A stretch of DNA of 64,000 nt from an uncultured Chloroflexia bacterium (GTDB lineage Bacteria; Chloroflexota; Anaerolineae; Anaerolineales; E44-bin32). Location of the stretch: NCBI GenBank assembly GCA_963807065.1, contig CAWDZQ010000004.1:1415017-1479016 (forward strand), in the 5' to 3' direction. Position numbers and translations under genes: made by a program. The notes beneath the pieces are model-generated. The model saw only the letters and a list, made by a program, of their open reading frames with translations. It did not search any database and was not told the origin of the DNA. This document shows, one piece after another, positions 1 to 9,290 of the stretch (position 1 is the stretch's first letter; each line of letters starts with the position of its first letter).

Positions 1-106
1 TGGTGCCCGACGCCAAAGGGAAGCTGCCAGCATGCGTGACCCGGGGGCTGTTGTGGAGGAAACGATCACTTGCTAAATTGGGGCTTGACAGCAGCGCCTA
101 CATAGA
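1..106 (+). mobile_element. Right end of IS110/IS1111-type family A element (copy A1, truncated by window edge)
   Basis: 1-106 is nearly identical to 3711-3816 and 16788-16893 and ends ...TTGACAGCAGCGCCTACATAGA followed by AG-GCGGAG (cassette start). Confidence 0.9.
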
Positions 107-202
107 AGGCGGAGCCGCCGAGGCCGGTAGCTTCGAGCGTCCACGGGCCAGGTATCCTATGCTAGACACCCTCGCAACATCATCTTGTTTCGGAGGATTT
201 GC

Positions 203-689
203 ATGAGCAAGGGAACATCGAAGAAGGACCCGTCCAAAGCCAAGCCGGTGACATTCCGTGCCACGAATTCTGCGCACAGGCAAGAACACAGCAGGAATCG
301 AAGTCCCAGGCGACGTGCTCGACCGTCTCGGGGGAGGCAAGCGTCCTCTTATATGGGTGACGGTGAAGCATCACACCTACCGTAGCGCAATCGGTGCCAT
401 GGATGGAAGGCCGATGATCCCCCTGAGTGCAGCAAACCGGAAATCTGCCGGGGTAGAAGGCGGAGAGAAGTTCGAGATAACCATCAGCCTTGACCTTAAG
501 CCACGCACGGTGACCCCCCCGAAGGATTTGAGGGCCGCGCTTGTCGAGGCGGGGGCGCTTGGAGCATTCGAGAAGTTGGCGCCTTCGATGCAGAAGGAGT
601 ACGTTCGGCAAGTGGTAGAAGCCAAGGCTGTCGAAACCCGCCAGAGAAGGAAAGCAAAGATCGTCGGAAGACTGACCGAAGGCGGTTAG
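203..689 (+). CDS. Cassette 1: YdeI/OmpD-associated (DUF1905 + OmdA-like) protein, one frameshift near 265
   Basis: ATG at 203 after GGAGG. MSKG...VTFRAT joins ILRTGKNTAGIEVP...YRSAIGAMDGRPMIPLSAANRK...FEKLAPSMQKEYVRQVVEAKAVETRQRR, typical of this family. Confidence 0.75.
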
Positions 690-779
690 GGGAGTTCGGA
701 TCCGGCACATTGCGTCCCTCGCCAAGGGGGATCTAGCCCTGCCGGGCGAGCCTCGTCTCCGCCTAACATCTATGAAAGC

Positions 780-1000
780 ACGTCCCCTGTCAATAGCCTC
801 TGTCGTTAAATGAATTTCTTCTCCCCGGTCGGGGAGTTTTCTTTCGTCTGTTGACCTCCAGCGTTTCAAAGCCCAGCCGGTCTCGCCGGAAACATCTATC
901 CCGTAGGACACCGGGACGGTGTTCGCCCTCAATGGGGCATGAGTACGTTCGCCGGGGGCGGCCCAATCATCTCGCGGATCTCAAAGGATCCATGTTAGGT
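780..1000 (-). ncRNA. Putative bridge/seek RNA of IS family B (3' non-coding end)
   Basis: Minus-strand RNA reads CCTAACAT-hairpin-GCGAGATG, matching both halves of target CCTAACATCTCGC. ATAGATG (893-899) is complementary to the donor junction CA-TCTAT. Conserved in all four copies. Transcript boundaries are approximate. Confidence 0.75.
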
Positions 1001-2097
1001 CCGGACCTGCCCCTGGCTGAGCGAGACAGGGGATTTCAACCCTGCAGGGAGCCAATTGGGCGGCTCCCGGTAGGGCTCACCCTTCTTGAGAACCCAGTAG
1101 GTGGCTTCCGCCAAGTAGCGAGCGGTGGCACCCACTGCAACGGCGTGGCCCTTTCGGCGGCGTGTCCGTTCGAAGAGGTGCACGACGTACTTCTTGCGCC
1201 AGTTGGGGTGATGGCGCTGATGGACGATGACGTTGGCGGCTTCGATGAAAGCCCATTTCAGGTAGGTGTTGCACTGTTTGACCATTCGTCCATAGTGCGC
1301 CTTGCCGGCACTTGAGCTGAGCTTGGGAACCAAACCGCAGTAACTGGCGAAGTGTTTGGGGGAGGGGAAACGGTCGATCGAGCCGACTTCCCTGTCGATG
1401 ACGATGGCCAGCACCTTGGCGGGGCCCGGGACGGTCTGAACGAGCTGGATGGTGGGTGTGGTCTGGATGCGTTGGACAATGCGATCTTCCAACTGTTTGA
1501 TATGTACGTTGAGAGCATCCAGGAGCTGAAGCTGCTGGCGAGTGCAGCGGGCGGTCTCGGCCGGCATCTCAACCAGCAGGGCTTCAAGATCCGCCCGCCA
1601 CTTGGCGCTGAAGATGTCACTGGCGGTGTCGAGCGAGAGGGCGAACTTGGCCAGGGTGGAAGAGATGCGGTTCTTGACCCGGGTCCGGTGGCCGGCGAAG
1701 GTCATCCGGGTGCGGGGCAGCTCCCTCTCATCGCGAGGCTGGCAGGAGGGATCCACACAGAGGGGAGCTTGCCCAGGTAGAGCAGGGTGGCCAGGCCCTT
1801 GGCGTCGAGCTTGTCGGTCTTGTGGATGTTGCCCATCATGACCTTGGCCTTGGCGGCGTGGGCCAAGAGGGGAAAGCAGCCGGCGTCTTCGATTTCGTTG
1901 ACGATCCAGTACCAGTTCCCGATCGTTTCGAGGGCGACCGGCGTGCCCTCTGGGAACTGGGATAGGAAGGCTGAAATCGTGCCTGGTGAATGGCCAACCC
2001 TCCTTTGCTGGATGAGCGATCCCGCTTCATCCAGGACGGCAAAGATGGAGAAATGTTTGTGAGCATCGCAGCCGACCGTATAATCGAAGTGAACCAT
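995..2097 (-). CDS. IS110-family recombinase (family B), frameshift near 1740
   Basis: DEDD motifs GCDAHK, ETIG, KTDKLDA, plus C-terminal FASYCGLVP-SSAGK. Split between ORFs 1702..2133 and 995..1756. Confidence 0.9.
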
Positions 2098-2368
2098 GCT
2101 GCACCTCCTGTGGGCGGACAGGGACTTCGACACTCCCAGTCTAGCGGGAGGTGCAGTGCTTTCATCTAATCATCTCGCTGGATCGGACCGGGGATGCGGG
2201 GCGAGTTTGGTGTGTTTGTTGTATGCTCAGGGAGGCTCGGGGGCGGGGCGGATGCGTGGCCCCGGCCGATCAGCTCGAAGGCGTTAGATGCTATGGGGGG
2301 ATGAAGATACGGGTCGCTGCTGATAAGCTCCTTGAAACTCTCAGATCAAGAGAAAGGAGCGCAACATC

Positions 2369-3514
2369 ATGGCAGCGGCCCGCAGTCACGAGTATAGCGT
2401 ATTGGAACAAGTACTGTATCTGGCCTTCGAACTGAGCAACACAAAGTGGAAACTGGGGTTCACGACGGGGCCAGGGCGGCGGCCCCGCGAGCGGAGCATC
2501 ACCGCCGGGGATCTGGAAGCTCTCCAGGAGGAGATCGGGCGAGCGAAGAAGCGGTTCGATCTGCCTGAGAGCAGTCGAGTGGTGAGCTGCTACGAGGCGG
2601 GACGGGATAGTTTTTGGCTTCATCGATATCTGGAGCAGCAAGGGATCGAGAACCTGGTGGTGGACAGCTCGAGCATTCAGGTGAACCGACGGGCCCGACA
2701 GGCCAAGACTGACCGGATGGACTTGGAGAAACTTCTGGGGCAGCTGATCCGGTACCGGGGAGGGGACCGGGAGGTGTGGAGCGTGGTGCGGGTGCCGAGC
2801 GTGGAGGCGGAGGACAACCGGCAGTTACACCGGGAACTGGAAACCCTGAAGAAGGATCGGACGCGGCACATCAACCGGATCAAGTCGTTCCTGGTGGGGC
2901 AGGGCATCCGGCTGAAGGTGGGGAGTGATTTCCTGGAAGAGATTGAACGGGTGCGCAAATGGGATGGCTCAGCGCTCCCGGCCAGTTTGAAAACCCGGCT
3001 TCAGCGAGAGTATCAGCGGCTTCAGCTGCTGCAGGCCCAGGTCAAGGAGCTGGAGCAGGCGCGGGTGGAGGCGATCCGGCATGGGGAAGACGAGAGTGTG
3101 GAGGTGGTGCGCAAGCTGCTGCGGCTGAACGGGATCGGGCAGAACGCCGGCTGGCTGTTCGGGATGGAGTTCTTCAGTTGGCGGAAGTTCAACAATAGGA
3201 AGGAAGTGGGGGCCCTGGCCGGTCTGGTGCCGATGCCGAGGCAGAGTGGCGACAGCTACCGGGAGCAGGGGATCAGCAAAGCCGGCAACCGGCACGTTCG
3301 GGGGATGGCGATCGAGATAGCATGGGGGTGGCTGCGGTTTCAGCCAGAGAGTGAGCTGACGAAGTGGTATGAGGAGAGATTTGGCCATGGGAGCAAACGG
3401 ATCCGGAAGATCGGGATCGTGGCGCTGGCCAGGAAGCTGCTGATTGAGCTATGGCGCTATTTGGAGACGGGGGCCATTCCTGAGGGGGCGGTGCTGAAGA
3501 CACGGTTGATCTGA
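2369..3514 (+). CDS. IS110-family recombinase (family A), 381 aa
   Basis: Motifs AFELS, YEAG, KTDRMD, GLVPMPRQSG, GISKAGN, IVALARKLL. Confidence 0.95.
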   Translation: MAAARSHEYSVLEQVLYLAFELSNTKWKLGFTTGPGRRPRERSITAGDLEALQEEIGRAKKRFDLPESSRVVSCYEAGRDSFWLHRYLEQQGIENLVVDSSSIQVNRRARQAKTDRMDLEKLLGQLIRYRGGDREVWSVVRVPSVEAEDNRQLHRELETLKKDRTRHINRIKSFLVGQGIRLKVGSDFLEEIERVRKWDGSALPASLKTRLQREYQRLQLLQAQVKELEQARVEAIRHGEDESVEVVRKLLRLNGIGQNAGWLFGMEFFSWRKFNNRKEVGALAGLVPMPRQSGDSYREQGISKAGNRHVRGMAIEIAWGWLRFQPESELTKWYEERFGHGSKRIRKIGIVALARKLLIELWRYLETGAIPEGAVLKTRLI

Positions 3515-3554
3515 AAGGGACGGAAAAGGAGAGAACAGGCAAGCAGGACAACAA

Positions 3555-3790
3555 GGCTGGTGTGAGCAGCTCGTTACTCCGCCGGGTCCGAAGGGACCGA
3601 GCGTTAGATGGGGCGCTCACCAGAGCTTCCAGGATCGCCGACGAGCGAACAAAGCATTGGGTGACCGGCCAAAGACGAGCCGGCACGGATAGAAGGTAGT
3701 TCGAGGCACTTGGTGCCCGACGCCAAAGGGAAGCTGCCAGCATGAGTGACCCGGGGGCTGTTGTGGAGGAAACGATCACTTGCTAAATTG
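3555..3790 (+). ncRNA. Putative bridge/seek RNA of IS family A
   Basis: Stem GTGAGC/GCTCAC closes the loop CTCCGCC-(GGTCC GAAG GGACC)-GAGCGTTAG, matching target CTCCGC-CT-AACGC. A second loop AGCAT...ATAGAAG matches the circle junction. Boundaries are approximate. Confidence 0.75.
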
Positions 3791-3888
3791 GGGCTTGACA
3801 GCAGCGCCTACATAGAAGGCGGCTGTCAGTGGTATCCATGAAATCTAGAGATGGCCGCGGATATCTCTATTCGAAAGGTGAGCCAAAC

Positions 3889-4539
3889 ATGACAAAACTA
3901 CGCGTGGACTTCTTTACAATTTCCCTGGACGGTTATGGCGCCGGCCCTAATCAGAGTTTCGATAACCCGCTCGGCGTCGGCGGGGAATCCTTGCACGATT
4001 GGTTCGTCGTAACGCGCTCCTTTCACCAAATGGCTGGGCAAGATGAAGGCGAGACCGGTATTGACAACGATTTCGCGGAGCGTGGCACAAAGAATCTCGG
4101 CGCATTCATTATGGGACGCAACATGTTTGGGCCGCCGCAAGGCGGGGACTGGGTCGATGGCACGTGGAAGGGTTGGTGGGGTGATAACCCGCCCTATCAC
4201 GGGCCTGTGTTCGTGCTCACCCACTATCCGCGTGCGTCAGTCACGATGGAGGGAGGCACTACATACCATTTCGTGACCGATGGCATTCATGCTGCGCTCA
4301 AACTGGCCACCGACGCGGCGAACGGCAAAGATATTCGACTAGCCGGAGGCGTGGCGACAATCCGGCAATACCTTAAGGCAAAGCTGATTGACCAGATGCA
4401 CATTCCAATCTCGCCAATTGTGCTTGGCACGGGTGAATCGCTGTTCTCCGGCATTGACATGGTCAAGCTCGGTTACGTCGTCACTGAACACGTCCCGACT
4501 GCAAGGGCAACACATATTGTTCTGGCGAAACATGAATAG
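3889..4539 (+). CDS. Cassette 2: dihydrofolate reductase family (RibD C-terminal domain) protein
   Basis: Motifs ISLDGYGAGP, GAFIMGRNMF, PVFVLTH, GGVATIRQYL, PIVLGTG. Start ATG follows AAAGGTGAG. Confidence 0.9.
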   Translation: MTKLRVDFFTISLDGYGAGPNQSFDNPLGVGGESLHDWFVVTRSFHQMAGQDEGETGIDNDFAERGTKNLGAFIMGRNMFGPPQGGDWVDGTWKGWWGDNPPYHGPVFVLTHYPRASVTMEGGTTYHFVTDGIHAALKLATDAANGKDIRLAGGVATIRQYLKAKLIDQMHIPISPIVLGTGESLFSGIDMVKLGYVVTEHVPTARATHIVLAKHE

Positions 4540-4568
4540 ACCGAGGCCCTGTTTCCCTCACCCTTCCC

Positions 4569-5916
4569 TGAACGAGCCGGGGACATAGGTAACAGAATCT
4601 TCTAAGGACATCGGTAACACAGATTCTAAGGACATAGGTAACACTTTCTCGAGAGAGGAGGTGGAGCCGATGCCCTGGGAAGGTGTTACCGTGAGCGAGC
4701 AGAAGCAGCGATTCATCGAAGACCACCTGCTGAACTACTACTCCGTGACGGAGCTGGCTGAACGGTTCAGCATCTCCAGAAAGACAGCGCATAAGTGGAT
4801 CAACCGGTACCGGGAGCGGGGCCTGGCAGGGCTTGAGGAGCTGTCGCGCCGGCCGGAGAGCTGCCCATGGCAGACGCCGGGCGCCATCGTCAGCGAGGTG
4901 GTGAATCTGCGGAAGGCGCATCCTCGCTGGGGGCCGAAGAAGCTCCTGGCGTTGATGGGGCGGCGCGATCCACAGCGACGCCTGCCGGCGGCATCGACGG
5001 TGGCCAAGATCCTGTCGGAAGCGGGGCTAGCAAAGCCCAGGCGGCGGCACCGGCGAGCCCATCCCGGCTGTCCGAAGACCCGGCCTGCAGGGCCGAACGA
5101 CATCTGGGCGGCGGACTACAAGGGGCAGTTCAGGCTGAAGAACGGGAAGTACTGCTTCCCGCTGACGGTGAGCGACCTGGCGAGCCGGTATCTGCTGGGG
5201 TGCGATGCGCATCCGGCGATCTCGCTGGAGCGCAGCCAGGCACATTTCAGGCGTCTTTTCGAGATCTACGGGCTGCCGAACCGGATCCGGACCGACAACG
5301 GGGTGCCGTTCGCCTCCAACGCCCTGGCCAGGCTGTCCCAGCTCTCAGTGTGGTTCATTCGGCTCGGGATCTACCCGGAGCTCATTGAGCCTGGGAAGCC
5401 CCAGCAAAACGGTGTGCACGAGCGAATGCACAAGACGTTGAAAGAGGAGGCAACGATCCCACCAGCCAGCAGCTTCAAGGGCCAACAGAAAAAGCTGGAT
5501 GCCTTCCTTCAGGAGTTCAACCAGGTGCGTCCACATGAAGCGCTGGGGATGAAGAGCCCGTCGGAGGTGTACCGCCCATCCAGCCGTCCCATGCCCCAGA
5601 AGATCGAGACCTACGAGTACCCTGGGCACTACCTGGTGCGGAGGGTGAGCCGGTCAGGGACGATCCGGGTGCTGAGGAAGCAGATCTTTGTGAGCAACAC
5701 GCTGCAGGAGGACTTTGTGGGACTGGAGGAGGTGGGAGACGGCGTGTTTGATGTGTACTTCTGCTTCTACCAGATTGGGCGCTATGATTTGCGGGAGGGG
5801 CGAATGCAGGATATTGTGTCGAAGGTGGGCGTGAGCCGAAAGCAGGTCGATCGGCCGGAGCGAGTGTAACCGATGTCCGTAGAACAAAGTGTTACCCATG
5901 TCCTCGGACAGTACCC
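4569..5916 (+). mobile_element. IS481-family element inserted between cassette-2 gene and its attC
   Basis: Three GGACAT(A/C)GGTAACA repeats at the left end (4581, 4607, 4630) and two inverted copies at the right end (5866, 5890), flanking a DDE transposase. Exact termini are approximate. Confidence 0.85.
4661..5869 (+). CDS. IS481-family transposase (HTH + rve integrase core)
   Basis: MPWEG start, HTH FSISRKTAHKW, catalytic WAADYKG, RTDNG, QNGVHERMHKTLK. Confidence 0.92.
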   Translation: MEPMPWEGVTVSEQKQRFIEDHLLNYYSVTELAERFSISRKTAHKWINRYRERGLAGLEELSRRPESCPWQTPGAIVSEVVNLRKAHPRWGPKKLLALMGRRDPQRRLPAASTVAKILSEAGLAKPRRRHRRAHPGCPKTRPAGPNDIWAADYKGQFRLKNGKYCFPLTVSDLASRYLLGCDAHPAISLERSQAHFRRLFEIYGLPNRIRTDNGVPFASNALARLSQLSVWFIRLGIYPELIEPGKPQQNGVHERMHKTLKEEATIPPASSFKGQQKKLDAFLQEFNQVRPHEALGMKSPSEVYRPSSRPMPQKIETYEYPGHYLVRRVSRSGTIRVLRKQIFVSNTLQEDFVGLEEVGDGVFDVYFCFYQIGRYDLREGRMQDIVSKVGVSRKQVDRPERV

Positions 5917-5923
5917 CCACGCC

Positions 5924-6024
5924 GCCCAACAACTCGATGGAGCCGACCCGGCCAGCCGAGCGGTAGCCATTTGTGCGATACTAGTCTTCGGCTGGCCGGG
6001 CGGCTCATCTCGAGGCCGTTAGGG
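5924..6024 (+). repeat. attC2 (101 bp, uninterrupted)
   Basis: GCCCAAC...GTTAGGG with long imperfect palindrome TCGATGGAGCCGACCCGGCCAGCCGA / TCGGCTGGCCGGGCGGCTCATCTCGA. Confidence 0.88.
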
Positions 6025-6047
6025 GGCATTCAGAATAAGGGGCATTC

Positions 6048-6762
6048 ATGGACCAGCCAGCCTCGCCAGGCAGAGAATCAGTGGACCTTCAGAATGCCAC
6101 TTCAGAACTCCGGCAAGAAATCGATCAGGCGGAGCATCTAGCAGGCAATCTCAAGGGAGGGCCGCCAGATAAGACGCGCGAGCAAATCAGTCGCCTACTG
6201 TCTGCGACACGCCCTCCAGCTGGGCAAAGCATCTCTTCTGTGCGCAAATGCGGAACTGCCAGATGCGCTCATTTTGCTTTCCCGGGCGATCTTGGAGACC
6301 CTGTTCTGGGCAAGATATGTCAGCCTATCCGATGAGAACTCCAAGCGATTTGAAGAATTGGCGCTTGAGGATCTGAAGCGTATCTCCCGCAGGAATCTCC
6401 AAGCAGGTTTTGCTCGCATCGTGGATAGCGAAACCAAAGAGGACAAGACAGACGAGTTCCTCGAATCGGATCCAATGAGGTCTGTTCGACCTCGGATGCG
6501 CGTCGAAGAGGTCGCGAATGCTATTGGCTTTGGCCGCTTGTACTCTATGATGTACCTGTTCGACTCGATCTACGCTCACGGAACCTCTTCTGGCCTGCAG
6601 ACAGACTCGAATGTCCACGCACAGCTCTACACATCCGTCTGTGCCGGACTCGGATACATCCACTGCATCAACCTCATTTCATCGGACTGGCTTGGAAGTC
6701 GGAGGCTAACCACTGCTCCCACACTGTCTAGGGTCCTTGGAATTCCCCTCGATGCCCCCTAA
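6048..6762 (+). CDS. Cassette 3: DUF5677-like helical protein, frameshift near 6200
   Basis: LSRAILE-x-LFWARYV and LYSMMYLFDSIYAHG motifs. The stop TAA lies within the attC R'' box. Confidence 0.6.
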
Positions 6763-6764
6763 CA

Positions 6765-8212
6765 TCCATGAAAGCACGGCCCCTGTCAATACCCTCTGGC
6801 GTTAAATGAAGTTCTTCTCCCCCTAGGGGAGTGTTCATCCTTCAGTTGCCCTCCAGCGTTTCAAAGCCCAGCCGGTCTCGCCGGAAACATCCATCCCGTA
6901 GGACACCGGGACGGTGTGCGCCTCTCGATCGAGGCAAGAGTAAGTTCGCCAGGAGTGGCCCAATCATCTCACGGGTCTCAAAGGACCCATACCGCCAACA
7001 ACGCGGCACTTTGTTAGGCGCGGACCTTCTCCTGGCTGAGCGAGACAAGGTGCTTCATCCCTTCGGGGGCCCAGTGAGGGGGCTCCCGATAGGGCTCACT
7101 CTTTTTGAGAACCCAATAGGTGGCCTCCGCCAGGTAGCGAGCGGTGGCGCCGACGGCGACGGCATGGCCCTTGCGGTGTTTGGTGCGTTCATAGAGGTGG
7201 ACGACGTACTTGCGACGCCAGTTGGGATGGTGGCGGTGGCGGACGACAACGTTGGCAGCTTCGATAAAAGCCCACTTGAGGTAGTTGTTGGCTTGTTTCC
7301 CGAAGGACACCGGGACGGTGTGACCATGCGGCCGTAGTGGACGCGCCCTCCGCTGGCGCTGACTTTGGGGACCAGGCCGCAGTAGCTGGCGAAGTGCTTG
7401 GGGGCGCAGAAGCGGTCGATAGTGCCGATCTCAAGAGTGATGACGGTGGCCAGGATGGCACCCACACCAGGGAGGGTTTGGACGAGCTGCATGCTGTGGG
7501 TGAGCTTGATCCGCTGCTTGATTCTCGCTTCCAGTTGGTTGATGTGATCCTGGACCAGCTCGAGCAGTTCGAGCTCCTGGTGCATGCAGCGACCGGTCTC
7601 CTCGGGCAGTGTGTCGATGAGCTTGAGCAGCGGAGGCCGCCATTTGGGGGTGAAGATATCGCTGGTGGTGTCCAGGGAAAGAGCATACTTGGCCAGGGTG
7701 GAATGAATGCGATTCTTGAGACTAGCCCTGGACTTGGAGAAAGCCATACGGGTGCGGGGCAGTTCACGGGCGTCGCGGACGTCGTTGGGTGGGATCCAGA
7801 CCGATGGTAGCTTGCCCAGGTAGAGCAGGGTGGCTAGGCCCTGGGCGTCGAGCTTGTCGGTCTTGTGAACGTTGCCCATCATGACTTTGGCTTTGGCAGC
7901 GTGAGCCAGAAGCGGGATGCAGCCGGCGTCTTCGATCTCGTCGACGATCCAATACCAGTTGCCGACGGTCTCAAGTGCCACCGGGGTCCCTTGGGGGAAC
8001 TGCTCCAGAAACATGCGAATCGCTCCAGGCACGTGGCCGACCCGGGTGCGCTGGACCAGGTCCCCGTTGTGGTCCAGGACTGCAAAGAGCGAGAAATGCT
8101 TGTGAGCATCAATGCCGACCGTATAATCTGAGTGGAACATGCTGCACCTCCTTTGCGGAACGGTGGCTTCGACACTACCAGTCTAGCGGGAGGTGCAGTG
8201 CTTTCATACAAT
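6765..8212 (-). mobile_element. IS1111-type family B copy B2
   Basis: Same IRs and CA core as B1, with ends TCC-ATG and CAT-ACAAT. Confidence 0.92.
7014..8140 (-). pseudogene. IS110 recombinase B2, frameshifted by a 23-nt insertion at 7299-7321
   Basis: HYGRMV|insert|KQANNYLKWAFIEAA. The same insert is in B3, so it is not a read error. Confidence 0.88.
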
Positions 8213-8376
8213 CATCTCGCTGGATCGGACCGGGGATGCTGGGCGAATTTGGTGTGATTGTTGTATGCTCAGGATGGCTCGGGGGCAAGGAGGAGAATGA
8301 CCCCGGCCGATCCCCTTCGGCTGCGCTCAGGATGCTTCGCGAAGCTCGAGGGCGTTAGGCAGATCCAAAGGTAGGT

Positions 8377-9288
8377 ATGGACTACGATCTTTACCATGAT
8401 GAGTCGAAACTCGATGGGTACTGGCATGGAATGCTTCTTGTGCCCAAACCGAAGCGGCAATGGATGCTCGACCGACTTGCCGACGCGAGAGCCAATGCTC
8501 GCTACTCGGAGCCCTTGGGAATAAAGCGAGTACGGAAAGAGAACCGCGTCTTTGATTGCGCGAAATCTTGGCTCACCGTTGCGATCGCCTCGATGCGGAG
8601 CACGGCAGGCGGAGAGCCTGTGCCCATCTATCTCGGCAAGTCAAAGAGGGGTGTTCCTCAGTACCGACTTGTCGAGGAGGCTCCGGGCGCCAAATTCATC
8701 CTCTTCAGGGAAAGCGATGCGCACCAGGAAATGACCAGCCACCCTGACCATGCGAGCAAAATCGAAACTACATTCAGAATTGGGCTCAAGGGTGGACTGC
8801 ACTTCCTCGGCTCCGAGCAGAAGTCAATATGGATCGATAGCTTGCACTTCGACGGCCACGAGCATCTGAAGCGGAATGTCGACGCCTCACGGATCATAGG
8901 CCGATTGGAAGGCCTCAGGAGCTACTGCCACATTCCCGACAAGTCAGACATTCTTCACGACGGCTCAAGTGACCACCGCAGGCCCGACGCGCAATCCTAC
9001 GATGATTGCCAGTTCTTGCAGTTGACGGACTTGCTTGTTGGATCCTTCCGGACAGTGCTTCTCGGGGCCACAAACGATCTTCATCTCCGAGTGGCCTATC
9101 CTGTCGAGTCGCTTGTTCTCCGATATCAAGAAGGCTACGCCAGGATGAAGAACAGTCGATGGTGGAGTTCCTTCTGCATGAGCCAATGCCACCTTGAAGA
9201 TGATCACTGGGTTTTCGAAACCATGGAGTACGAGCCCTACTACGGTGCAGCCCAAATCGCGCTTCCACTGCAAACGGGATCTGCCTAA
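8377..9288 (+). CDS. Cassette 4: DUF3800-like (RNase H-fold) protein
   Basis: N-terminal LYHDES, central FDG and C-terminal LQLTDLLVG motifs. Stop lies in R'' GCCTAAC. Confidence 0.65.
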   Translation: MDYDLYHDESKLDGYWHGMLLVPKPKRQWMLDRLADARANARYSEPLGIKRVRKENRVFDCAKSWLTVAIASMRSTAGGEPVPIYLGKSKRGVPQYRLVEEAPGAKFILFRESDAHQEMTSHPDHASKIETTFRIGLKGGLHFLGSEQKSIWIDSLHFDGHEHLKRNVDASRIIGRLEGLRSYCHIPDKSDILHDGSSDHRRPDAQSYDDCQFLQLTDLLVGSFRTVLLGATNDLHLRVAYPVESLVLRYQEGYARMKNSRWWSSFCMSQCHLEDDHWVFETMEYEPYYGAAQIALPLQTGSA

Positions 9289-9290
9289 CA

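Larger units (their letters stand above)
769..2170 (-). mobile_element. IS110 family, IS1111-type, family B copy B1
   Basis: Sub-terminal IRs ATGAAAGCAC/GTGCTTTCAT lie 3 nt from one end and 7 nt (incl. core) from the other. CA core at both junctions, no TSD. Confidence 0.92.
761..2289 (+). repeat. attC1, interrupted by IS B1 at R'' and IS A2 at R'
   Basis: GCCTAAC at 761. After removing B1, arms TCGCTGGATCGGACCGGGG / CCCCGGCCGATCAGCTCGA and GTTAG at 2283. Cassette end CTCCGCCTAAC is the reverse complement of the reconstructed cassette start GTTAGGCGGAG. Confidence 0.85.
2288..3816 (+). mobile_element. IS110 family, IS1111-type, family A copy A2 (apparently intact)
   Basis: GCGTT-AG|ATGCTATGGGG...CCTACATAGA|AG-GCGG. 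Imperfect ATG../..CAT sub-terminal IR at 7/3 nt, with TTGACA at 3795. Confidence 0.92.
6757..8360 (+). repeat. attC3 interrupted by IS B2
   Basis: CCCTAAC-A|IS|CATCTCGCTGGATCGGACCGGGG...GTTAGGC. Cassette start GTTAGGGGGCAT complements its end ATGCCCCCTAAC. Confidence 0.85.

Noticed and set aside
684-692. GTTAGGG at the cassette-1 stop as an extra attC core
   Set aside because: No matching inverted arms or upstream RYYYAAC. It is a coincidental overlap with the stop codon.
3889-4539. dfrA trimethoprim-resistance cassette
   Set aside because: Length and motifs fit the RibD-C/DHFR-like family, not DfrA.
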